From Asterias rubens (lineage: Eukaryota): 64,000 bases of DNA. Each line of letters begins with the position of its first letter. The stretch's first letter is position 1. Both the position numbers and the translations under genes were made by a program. The stretch lies in the NCBI RefSeq assembly GCF_902459465.1, contig NC_047062.1:30876001-30940000 (forward strand), given 5' to 3'. The notes below the pieces were generated by a model. It was not told where the DNA came from, searched no databases, and saw nothing but the letters and a program-made list of their open reading frames with translations. Of this stretch, positions 27,516 to 39,270 are shown piece after piece.

Positions 27516-28773
27516 GCGAGAAGAAGGTCACGATGGGGCCAACCATGCGAGGGGTATCGGGACAATGAGCATTTCACGAAATCACGGCAGCAACCCACTT
27601 TATGATTTTGTGTTTTGCACAACTGTTTATACTGCATAATCATTGTGTATGTCGTGGATACTTTCGTAATGTACAGTTTCGATGAACTTGCTGAACAACT
27701 AAAGAAAACACGCGAATAAGACAAAAACCACGGATTGCGCTCCGTTTACGCAAAAACCCAAATGATCACGGTAATAAGACATCTTGTAAGCGAATGCTCA
27801 GATAAACAAACGTTTTTTATCACAATTATAGCACAACACGAGGTCAATGTCAAAACAAATTATTGTATTGTTAAGAGGTACATGGTTCAAGGGAGTTTTG
27901 ATTAAAGACACCGGACACTGTTGGTAATTGTCAAAGACCAGTCTTCTCACTTGGTGTCTCTCAACACTATGCATAAAATAACAAACCTGTGAAAATTTGA
28001 GCTCAATATTGGTCGTCGAAGTTGCGAGATATGAATGAAAGACAAAACACCCTTGTCACACGATGTTGTGTGCTTTCAGATTGAGTTAGAGAGCTCAAAA
28101 TCTAATTCCGAGTTCTCGAAATCAAATTTGTTGAAAATTACTTCTGTCTCGAAAACCACGTCACTTCAGAGGGAGCAGTTTCTCACAATGTTTTATAAAT
28201 TCAACCTTTCCCAAGGATTGTTGCTTATATACTTATTATTTTGAGTAATTGCCAATAGTGTCCACTGCCTTTAAAACCTTTTGTGCGAGAACAAAAAACA
28301 TTCCATGACAACATAACTCCCTTTTTCTTCTTCTGTTTTTCCTTTATAAAAGATTATTAAATTTTTACTACATAAATTTGTGTACAATAGTCGTGCACTC
28401 ATGCTAAAAATCCCCCGGCTCCGAAAGAGCCATAAAAACCGCACGATTTATACTTAATAATGATATCAACTGTAAAGGTAACTTAACATCTCACTTTGGT
28501 TTTCAACTGAGTTGGTTGACGAAGAATTTCTATATCAGTCACTGACGTCAAATTATTCCACCGGCCTCTTGGCGGACGGATGCAAAGAGTGCAAATGTTC
28601 ATATTTTGTTTTCATAGCAGGAGCAGAGAAAAAGGCTGCAACTGAAAATTTCTTATGATAACGCGTGAACTCATTTAATGAGTAGAGCTGAAAAATACCA
28701 TACAGAATTCTTGTGAGAAGAAATTCCGTGACAAATATTTCAACTCAAGACACAAGCCATAAACTAAACCATC

Positions 28774-30888
28774 ATGGATCGATTTGAGAGTCTTCGCACG
28801 ACTTTACCAACAGTTTTCCAAGAACAGTTTTCCAAGAAGCAAATAGTGACGAGGATGTTGCAACGAAAGAAAGCGATGCGTTCACCAAGTTCGTCACATC
28901 TCTCTACTGCATAATCTGCGTGGTTGGTATCACTGGTAACTTACTGGTTGCCATCGTACTCCTCCGTGTGCCGTCACTGAGGTCTAATACCAGTGATTTC
29001 TTAGTGCATCTCTCCCTTGTAGATTTCATGGCCGGTGTTATGGTCATCCCAGCTTATCTTCTGCCTAATACCCACTCTCCTCCAAACCCCGGGTTCTTCG
29101 GTGAGTTTTGGTGTCGATTTTACACCAGCGGTTTCCTGTTTTGGTTCTTCACGATGACGTCAATCTTGGGTTTGACTGTTGTCAATTTGGAGCGCTATGT
29201 AGCCATCGTCCACCCACACAAATACAAGACTCTTTTCATCAAACGAAACAGATACATCATGATTGCTGCGTGTTGGGCTTCGGCTGCAGTTTTAGATTCG
29301 TCTCCCTTTTTAACGCACGAAGAAGATGAAGTAGTGGGATGTCCTTTTAAAGGCTGGTCCAACAGAGGAGCTCAGGCGACACTTGGCTTGTTTTCTTTCA
29401 CCGGCAAGTTCTTTGTTCCATTCGCTGTGATGATTCTTGCTCAAGTGAAAGTCATCTCTACGCTGAGCAGACAAGTGAAGATGCTAACTGCTCGAACAGG
29501 TTAGTTAGAAAGTTATTATTTCACGTTAACGAGAGCAAGAAAGTATCAACTGTTTTATTTTTCAAAGGACTCGGTGCATACCATTTGTTTTTCTTTTCTG
29601 ATTTTTTAATTTAAACTAGTTAATTATATTAGAGTAACTTTAATAGGGAATAAATTGACAATTCGTTTTCCCCTACTTTGACTTGTGCTATAGGCGTATT
29701 GGAATAAATGCAAAGCCACATCAATATTAAGAGATACACGTTTTAGCCTCTAAGCCCATAGACCAATACCAATGCGCAAGCGCAGACTGTTGAATGAGGT
29801 GCATTGTGGGATATATATGGATCAAATTTGGATACCAGCTAGACCACAATGCACCTAATTCCAAGCTTTACGCGCGCGCCCCGGTATTTGCGAAAAGGTC
29901 TATGACCCAATGAAAACTGCTAGCACTCGACCCCGATCCAACCCCTGATCGTCTGCAGATTGAAGGAACACGTTGCCTTGGATCGGTCGAGTTGGTCTTT
30001 GAAAAGCGTTCTGTAAACCGTTTGTTCTAAAATCGATATGGTTAGAAAGATGTTGTAAAAGTAGAATACAATGATCTACACAAAATAATATGCCTCGAAA
30101 TCGCGTGGTTTTCTTTTCACCTCGTCGACTAACACGGTAATTTTCAGTGATACTTGTGTGAATCATTATTTTCTACTTTTAAAACATCTTTCTAACCATA
30201 TGCATTTCATAACAAACGGTTTCAAACGCTTTTTATACACCAACTCGTCCGATACAAGGCAACGTGTTCCTTTAAAGCAAAAGCAGTTTGTTTTTGTTAC
30301 AATTACCTTATAGGGTAATTTCATTGAATCAATGCTGACAATTATGGAATTTTTGTTATGATAGACCGACTGTGGGGCAGATACAAAAAGTTTGATGATC
30401 CCTCTGATTTTAGTTCGACTGATCATGCCGTATCAATATGGGTACCACGAAAACATGTAGATTTACCTCTTCTTAAGATCGAACCTAACGCGTTAGTTTG
30501 TATCGACTTTGCCTTTTCTACAGCCTCTATGGGAGTCAATCCAAGAGACCAGCGTGAAATGTGGCAGCTCCGAGCCTCCCAAACCCTGGTGAAGACACTC
30601 CTGGCCTGCGTCATCACATTCGGTGTGTGCTGGACTCCAAACCAAGTCTGGTTCCTGCTCTTCAATATTGGAGTTCATGTGACTCTAGGTGATCCTATCC
30701 ACCGTCTCACTGTCATCTTAGCCGTTGGTAATTCCTGTGTGAATCCAGTCATTTACACAATGACCAACAAGCCGTTCCGTAAAGGGATCAGGGAGCTGTT
30801 TTGTAAGCAGCGGGATTCGAACCAGGTGGCTGACGGTGTAGTGACTGGCACTGTGTCTGAGACCGTCTCCAATGCCCAAGAACAATAG
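28774..30888 (+). pseudogene. Class A GPCR copy 8 (B type), frameshifted; exons 28774..29499 and 30524..30888
   Basis: 14-bp tandem duplication AACAGTTTTCCAAG (28809-28822, 28823-28836) shifts the frame and gives a TAA after 46 codons; further private changes MAC to MAG, GCH to GCP, QLK to QVK. Confidence 0.8.
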
Positions 30889-33800
30889 GAGAGAAGAAGA
30901 TCACGTTGGGAAACAAACAATAGAAAGTTGGAAAGTGGAAGTAATTTTACCTAGATGTGAACTTTCATCCTTTAGTAATTACATAGATTTTCAGCAAACA
31001 ATTTTTGTTATTATTACGGAACGTTCGCGGTAGCCGGATGTCAATTTTGTAAGTACGTTGAATGAAATGAAGTAAATATCATGGCATTGCACCGAAGTTT
31101 AAAGCAGTGTCACATTATTCAAGAATAGAGCATTGAGGGCGTTTCCGAGCAGCCGATTATGGGTGTTTTTTTTTAAGAAAAGGGGGCATTTATACATGGT
31201 GGTGTTGTAAAAAATAATATCCTTTACGTTGCAACAGATTAACATTGTTTTAAGCCATTGGACCCTTTCGGTAAACAGTGTTGTCCAAGGCCCACACTTT
31301 GTGTACCACAACTTCTATTTCAAATAACCAACCTGTGAAAATTTAGGCTCAATCGGTCATCGGAGTCGGGAGAAAACAACGGAAAATCCCACCCTTGTTT
31401 CCGCGCGTTTCGCCGTGTCATGACATGTGTTTAAAATAAATCCGTAATTCTGGTTAACGAGAATTTATATTGTTTTGCGGTTTTCTCAAAAGTAAAGCAT
31501 TTCATGGAATAATATTTCAAGAGAAGTCTTTCACCATTGCCATCTGTAAACCCTGTAAGTTATTTGTAAATCTGTGAACTTTTTTCTTTTTTTTCTGAAC
31601 CGAAAGGGTCCAATGGCTTTAATGCACCATGTTACATCCAGTTTAAGTTTAAGATAAAGTGCAAGTTTGTATTTAACATAAAACAATTGCCAACATTACA
31701 AACCGTCGATCACCTCATACATATTTCATACTGCAAGGTATGACCAAAAATTGTGTAATATAACAGTAAAAAATGTATCCAACAACAACACCGTCTAAAA
31801 TAAGAGGACCTGCGTTTGAGGGGAAGTATCAATTTGTTGTTAATTTAATGGTTTGTGTCTGTTAACTATTTCAAAATAATGTTTTTAATTGAATTTTAAA
31901 ACAGCTGACATCCTGTTTCCACTAAGCACATTACAACGAACAAAAAAAAATAATATTGATGATGCTGGGAAAACAGAAACAATTCGTTTTTCAAAATTTC
32001 TTGCACGATCATTATGCTCATTATTATTTTCCGATGCAGCAATTGAGTTGGATTTGCATGCAACGGTGTAAGTAAATCGCTCAATGTATAATTAACAAGT
32101 GTAAATCACAAATACAGGTGGTTAGCTACGTACACGAAGAGTGCCTATACGTACGCGAACACGGCTAAAATACCTGAGAAACTGTGAAACACACTTGACC
32201 CCGCTTTTGTTTTCGCAGGTTCTTCATTTTACGGTAAGCAGAACCGTTTAAAAAGTAGCCCTGTTGTGAACTCATCGGACGTTATTACTAAAATGAACAT
32301 TACAGGGTGTTAAGGCTAACAAACAGTTGCTGACAGTGTGAGCACTTGATATAATCCACCATTAATATACATAAACTGATGTTTGATATTGGGTCGGTAG
32401 AAATTGGATCAGCCATCTGATGGGTCACTAGAAAATAGTGAAAACCGATTACACATTATTATTTTGCGTTACATCGACTTAAACAAAATGAATAAAACGC
32501 TCACAGAGCGATAAACTCCAAACGGGAAATTGGTTGTGTTTGTTCCTCAACAAACAATGACATTTCAGACAGAAATATTGCAAGTGATGTTTTCTACTAT
32601 CATCATCATTAGACCGTGTAAGTTTTATGTAAATCTGTAACATTTTTTTCTCCGTAAAGTTCCTTAATTGATTGTAGGTAGGGTGTTGTGAAACGCTTTT
32701 GCATCCGTTTCTTTTTATTCAAATCGATCAGTTGCCTTGTCGATTAGGAAATAAATTAATATAAGTAAAGAGTCAATGGTGACCTTTGTATCATTCGAAG
32801 AGAGTTGAAGGAAGAATACACAGAGTACGTTACTGCTCTGTTCTTTCTTATCAATCACTTAACCCTCTAGTCCCTGCATGCCACCGCCCGAGTTTCTGAA
32901 AACCAATTTTTCAAGATTCTTGCAGTAAACAACTGGAATCGTAATTCAATTTTTAAAAGATAGCTTAATACATAATATGCACAATTTGTTAACCTTTCTG
33001 TAATGTTTGTATAAAAGTACAAGCTCCCATTGGGAACAATAATCGGCTCTCGAATATTTGTTTGTAAAGATTATTTCATTGAAGCATGACGATGAAATAA
33101 TTTAGCTCATACCAATTAGCAAACACAACGGAAACTGTATTTTATTCATCATTAATATTGATATTGTCGAAAACTAACGCCTTCGCATTTAATTAGTTCG
33201 AGCATTGAGTCAGATAAAAGCCTTGAAAAGCTATTGTGTCCATTTTATCCTTACAAAAAAATATTCGAGAGCCGATTATTGTTCCCAATGGGAGCTTGTA
33301 CTTTTATACAAACATTACCGAAAGGGTAAAAAAATGTGCATAAAATTTATTAAGCTATCTTTTAAAAATTGAACTACGATTCCAGTTGTTTACTGCAAGA
33401 ATCTTGAAAAATTGGTTTTCAGAAACTCGGGTGGTGCTTTTAATGAAACAAACCGTAAAGGAAAAGACGTCTGCATTCAGCCTGGTTCGATTTAAAAATC
33501 TGGGAGACCTACATTTTACAAGGACTGCCAAATTATTATAAGTAATCACAACAAATTGTATAGGCCTACACGTGAATTCTTTTTTAGATTGCGAAGCAGC
33601 GAAGGGGAATAATGTAAAGGTCATGAACAGGTACTGGACATGAACAGATGCTGACCATTATGAAACAGAGTCTCTGCCAGTAAGGTATTCACCCGACCCA
33701 TATACTTTCACTTATTTTTGTATTTTGGGAGTCATGGCGTACATACACAAAAACGATCTGTTTGATTTTGTACGCACTCCGAGATCCACGTAAGGTTATT

Positions 33801-36800
33801 ATTGTGGTTTTAAGGCATATAGGGTCCACAGTCCACACACGCAAGTACAGAGCGTTTGGAATAATAAGGCCAGATACACGACATGGGCCCCTAAAATGGT
33901 CATTGCTTGAAACGGTCCAGGAAGGTTCATTAGGATTATACAAAATTACCAGTAGGACTATACAAGCACAGGAATGTAATTTGGTGTGCTCTAACTAATT
34001 GAATTCCAAGATTAGCTGTTTGTAGCAATTCAACAATAATGTATTGAGGAAACCCACAAAACCTCAATATTGATAACATAAAAGACATTCTCCTTGCCAA
34101 TGACAATAAAGTAAATACCAACATTCCTGCTGCGCAGCCAATACTAATACAAATGACGCCCTCTTGTGTTGCGCCAAACACCTGTGCGGTGACGTATGGT
34201 TTTGATTGGTCCGTAGTGCCGGTATGCAGGTGTCGCGCTTGCGCATTGTCCTTGCCGTGCGTTAAACTCTTTTCTTCGACGAAAAAGTGACAAATAAATT
34301 GTGTGTGTGCTTTTTCGCTTGTTTGTGCATATATCAATCATGGACTGCATGGTGGTCGAGTTTGAACTTTACTTTGACTTCACAACGAGACGCATCACGC
34401 CACAGACAGAGGTGGGGGTGTTTTCACTCTAACTAGTGAGCCTCACCATGTAGGTTTTCTTCCTACATAGTCTCATGAGAAATGTAGTTAAAACAAATAA
34501 TAATATAGGCCTAAGCCTAATAAAAAACAAAGCAAACGGACTTAAATTAAATAATTAGGTTCAGGGGCCCACGTACGCTTTGTTTACGTGACAAACATGA
34601 CAAACATTGTTAATAAAAAATTCGCACCAAGCAAGTTCACAAGGGAATTAACATTTTCACTACTAACTGTTCAAATCATATGCCCGACATTAAGATTATG
34701 TTTGACTTACCCCGACCATAAGTTTTGCAAGGGAGATGAGCTCAGTTTATTCAACCATCTTCAACTCCTCGCACATTTCCACACTTTTTAAATGTCGTGC
34801 GTGGCGAAAAAAACGCCCGCCCTCTGTAGATCTAAAATGGTAAGTGCAATAGTCTGGGGCATCATACAAGTACGTAAAGTACATACATTCTGTTAAGGAA
34901 CCAGACTGTATAGTTGCTATTTATGGCAGTATGTTATTGGTCAATTTATTGAACACACCCTATTATAAGCGCATAATTTTGACCAATGAAATTAGGTTTA
35001 AGAAATCATTTAGGTAAGAGGTAAATGTACATCTCTGCTAACGATTGTGTCGACTGCATGCAATCAATGCATCACCTTGCAACACGGCCTTCATAATAAA
35101 TATCAAAATGTTCAAAATAATAACTGTTTGCAAGTGTTCCTTCAAGCAAATAAAGTATTCGAGACGTTCGCCATGGGCATTGATGATGAGCAGACAGCTG
35201 GCTACTGCACAGAACCAGAATAAGGTAAGCAACCAACCAATTACCAACCAAAGATTTCGTTTTTGAATGAATTGTCATGATTGTGTGGAACTGGAAACTA
35301 AAAATCACCGAAATAACAAGGCTATTTTGATATTAAAATTTATAAAATAAATTAAAAAGAAAGGGATACATCTCATGTCATATTATTATTGAGTCAAAAT
35401 TGCTGTGCTCTTTTTAAAATTTGTATTGTATTTATAAATATTAAGAATTATTAGTAAATAGTATAGGAAAACAGCGGTACTCTTGAAATTTATGTGGAAG
35501 TTGTGGCAACAACTGTTTTATTATAAATAATGCCCAATAATTAATAGTAATACATGGCCAGTCCCTGCCATGCCAGTGCCAATGTAATATTTGTCTGCAT
35601 GATGGACTCTACAAAAAATACAACGCAGTATCAAGCGAGCCGCCGCTGGTGGCGCGCTTCGCGATATGCTTTTTGGCGTAGCGTTTTTGTGACCGAAGTA
35701 CTCACATCCGGGAACTCGCAAACATGCAACCTGAAACTCGCCGATAGCTTTCTGCAGGGTGTCTGCGGATTGATCTTGTTTTCTGCAGAATGTGAACCGG
35801 TTATCAGCTGGTGGAGGCCATCTTGGTTTCATTCATAAATATTGCCGTTGTCTACGAAAAAAAATCCCGATGATGAAAGTTTTTTCAAGACTTACAGGCT
35901 TGGTTAAAACTGCATTTTTCTGCCGATCGCGTCAGTTTTGGTTGCCCAACTTTGACATAAAAAACGATGCAGTGGATGGTCTCGACGTAGCTTGAAACCT
36001 AAAGAAACAGATGCACCATAGGTTTGTTTTCCTAGATACATCAATCACTGCTGTGTGAAAAGTGTCCCAGGTTGAAATTTTGGGCCCCGACGATGCCCGG
36101 TGTGTGCGGTCGGGGACGAAAACACCGCGGAAAACTGGACGAATCCGGCGTCAATCAGGGTAAGTAGAATTTCTTTATTTCAGCATTTAAATGATTAAGA
36201 ACAAGACTAAACTTATTTTTAAAGATTTGTTTACGTAATTTAAACATTTTTATGTGAAATTTAGAGATACATTTTAGTAAACAATTTTAAAATATCATTT
36301 AAGGCTTCCCATCATATTAATGGAATAGTCCAAGTTTATGCTCAAGGTTTACGCCGAATTTTCCAAAGTGGACCATTCCATTATAGTAAATAGGGGATAT
36401 ATAATGAAGTGGTAAATAATGCAGTAAATTAGAATCGTGCTGATCAGAATTGATGAATATCAGGATGATTGAGAAACTTTTCTTCACTGTTGGTATTCTT
36501 AAACGATTTTTTGCACCAAAATGCTTTAAAAAATACAAATCTTCCAGATAATAATTTTGTAGAAGATTTTTTTTTTTTTTTTTTTTTTGAGACTGAGGGG
36601 GGGGGGGTTATTTTATTGTATAATGTATTCGATTTTGGCAGGTACATTAACTTCTTTTTTCTCTACTCTGTCTGTTTATTTAGAAACACAAGTACAACAC
36701 ATACTACAATAATTTTTAATATTTTTTTATTTAACAATTTGCAGCCTTCAAATCGGAAATTCAACTTCATGTGGAGACTTTGCCACACATGGGAAAACAA

Positions 36801-37835
36801 TCTGACGTGACAGACTTTGGAGGAAGCAGCGACTGTTGTGTCCAATGTCTACCATTAGTATGAAGTGCACACCTTCAACAGTCCGTACAGAATATCTGGA
36901 ACAAAAAATGGAGAAAAGAATTGATAAATCTTGTGTTGATAACTAAATTACTTTTGAGCCTTTCAAATCACAGCCCTTTTTTAAAATTGGCGGCCATTTT
37001 TTAAAACTTGGCGGCCATTTTTAAAGGCTTGTACATTTTGCGGCCAATTTGGCAGTCATTTTAGAAATTTGGAGGCCGTTTAAATTTTAAGTAGCTTGTA
37101 ATGACAATAATGATTTCATTTACATTTAATTTGTTTACTTGTAAGAATAAATGAAACTGTTATACTCACGCAAACTTGCCATCGCAAAATGAAACCTGCG
37201 AATTGTTACAAAACTGTACTTGTTTAATACAAAATGGCAGCCATTTTGAATATTTAATTAGGTCTACTCACTTGCTAATCGCAAGGTCATCATAACTCAA
37301 AGTTGAGCGAGCTCCTTAAAACTACTTTTAAAATAAGTTTCTATAACAAGTAACCAAAGTATTCTGTTAATAAACCTATACTGTGTATACGCATATACAC
37401 GTACATGTTCATGTATGGTCACAAATTGTGCTTGCAATATTTTCCATCAAAAAGGGTCAAATTTGACGATATAAATTGTGCAATAACTTTTGTTCTAAAA
37501 TTCCCAAGACCTTGGGAGACCCCTCATTTTAAATGGCATGTAATGCCCTTTAACATGAAATCAAAATCAGTTTGATCAGAGCAACTTCAAATTTTGATGA
37601 AACTGCCTAACAAGGTCACTTTTTTAAACTTAAAAAATTAAACAGTTAAATGTGTTCTTTTTGCGCTTTATTTAACACGGTTTCAAAGCGTTAATAACCA
37701 ATGTTTACGTATTCTATTTGAACTATTACTGGTCAATTTAGATCAAGTTTTATAATTAAATATGACCTCATTTGGCTTCCTTCAACGAAAGGAGATTGGA
37801 TTGCCAGTCTCATTCAACCTCTTCTTTTTTTTAAG

Positions 37836-39270
37836 AATGAGGAGAAAAATGGTGAATCGCAGTCAACGATATACCTGAGTGAACCACCAAGTAAGCCAGA
37901 TCGAGATTGGATCGGTCCAGTTGATAAACGCTCCAATCTGCGGCAGATCCGTTTCACCGAGAGAGACAATGAAACAGAAACAGAGAGGGCGTATCGAGAA
38001 ATGAGAGAGGAGATCTATGTCTGGAACCACACCTTCTGGGCCCGGCATAACCAGAACTTCATTGAGGTGAACAGTCTAGATGTTTAGAGAGTATGGAAGA
38101 GACATCGGCTTATTTTTAGTGGAGTTTGATCATAGTTGTATTTTGTTATCCTTCAAATTGTATAATAATAATAATAATAATAATATCAAAGTCTTATATA
38201 GCGCACGTATCTACCAAACAAGGTACTCAAGGCGCTGAGTATATACAAACTTTCAGAAAGATAGGTTATTGCAGTGATGAATTCTGAGACCCAATTATTT
38301 AGCACCTTATAAGGGTTTACAAGGTGCTACGGCGCATTAGGCAGCCACAGGTTTATGTCGTTTGACACTTTCGTCAAATTACGAGTAGATTTTCAGTAAT
38401 TGTGGGTGACTATGTCACTATGTGCCTTGTAGCAAAAACGTCTACTAAGCCCCCTTTTTTTCTTTTTCAGGCAAAGGAACATTTTGTTAAGAAGGTGCTT
38501 GAAAGTAAAGGAGGTGGTCTGTTAGATGAAGATGGTAAAGATAATAACTAGTTCTAAATAGCGTAATCACAATGGTTCAGTGGGCTTTACACAATGTACA
38601 TAGTGCCCTGGTCTTTGGGCTAATATCTTTCTCAGCTCTGTTGGGACTCTTGGGAGTAAACAGCCCTGCCGTCGATTTCACAAAACTCTTCCTAACTTAA
38701 GACGACAAATCTTAGAACTTGGGACGAGTCCCAACCCTGCACTGTAGCATGCAGACCCTAAGATTAATCCCAAGTTAGGACGAGTTACTCGTCCTAACTC
38801 GAGATAAGACGAGTCCTAACTCTTTGTGAAATCGACCCCTGGGCTGCCGAGGAGCTCTGAAGGACTTTTTTAAAACACAAAATCAACTTCTGTCCTCAAA
38901 AGTACCCATACAAACCCCGAGGTGACAATAAGCAACTATACAGTAAAGCGCAGTCCCCCCCATTTGTGTAGTTGCACCTCTGAGCATGCTCATTAAACCA
39001 GACTGCACCCAAGGTATTCACATGAATCAAACAACAAAACTTTGTTTCTTCCACTCTGCAAAAAGTCTTAACGTCTACTATTATTTTATTACAGGGGCCA
39101 GGCGAGTGTTGAGCGCTGATGAAATGGCAGAGTTCTACAAGGAATTCCTTCAAGAAAATCAACAGATTCTGAAGCAGTATAACCGGGATTGGTACAGACG
39201 AAACACTGCCCTCTTGTGGCCAGCATTCAAAGTTGCTCTTCAAAGACGTTTCAGAAAACCGTTAAGTTGA
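37836..39270 (+). CDS. COA8: Cytochrome c oxidase assembly factor 8 (APOPT1); exons 37836..38066, 38471..38534, 39095..39270; 5' exon(s) unresolved
   Basis: DWIGPVDKRSNLR..WNHTFW..NF and LSADEMAEFYKEFL..YNRDWY match the recognised COA8 family; splice phases 0/1 consistent. Confidence 0.88.
38160..38350 (-). mobile_element. Probable retroelement (SINE/LINE) 3' end with (TTA)n tail in COA8 intron
   Basis: (TAA)n run followed by non-coding sequence of interspersed-repeat character; family not identified. Confidence 0.4.
38668..38840. mobile_element. Harbinger-like MITE (GTCGATTTCACAAA ... TTTGTGAAATCGAC); relatives at ~45042..45190 and 46071
   Basis: Terminal inverted repeats with CTG-type flanks. 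Confidence 0.55.

Larger units (their letters stand above)
7000..35148. repeat. Higher-order segmental tandem repeat, ~9.6-10.0 kb unit (A gene - 1.26 kb spacer S1 - B gene - 4.4-4.9 kb spacer S2), about three copies
   Basis: B ATGs at 9187, 19196, 28774; A ATGs at 16158, 25746; spacers, introns and TE insertions nearly identical between units; homology ends at ~35148 (CAAGCA). Confidence 0.92.

Noticed and set aside
62-30678. Recurrent short overlapping or antisense ORFs (MVSILHQ.., MSVQRRD.., MKSRNQ.., MNSNIEE.., MTKYSNS..)
   Set aside because: They are alternative frames of the GPCR exons, repeated only because the genes are duplicated, and many begin at non-ATG codons.
2809-30888. GPCRs as opsins (near a cryptochrome) or as named galanin/allatostatin receptor orthologues
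   Set aside because: No Lys at TM7 7.43; overall resemblance to peptide receptors is not enough to assign orthology without a phylogeny.
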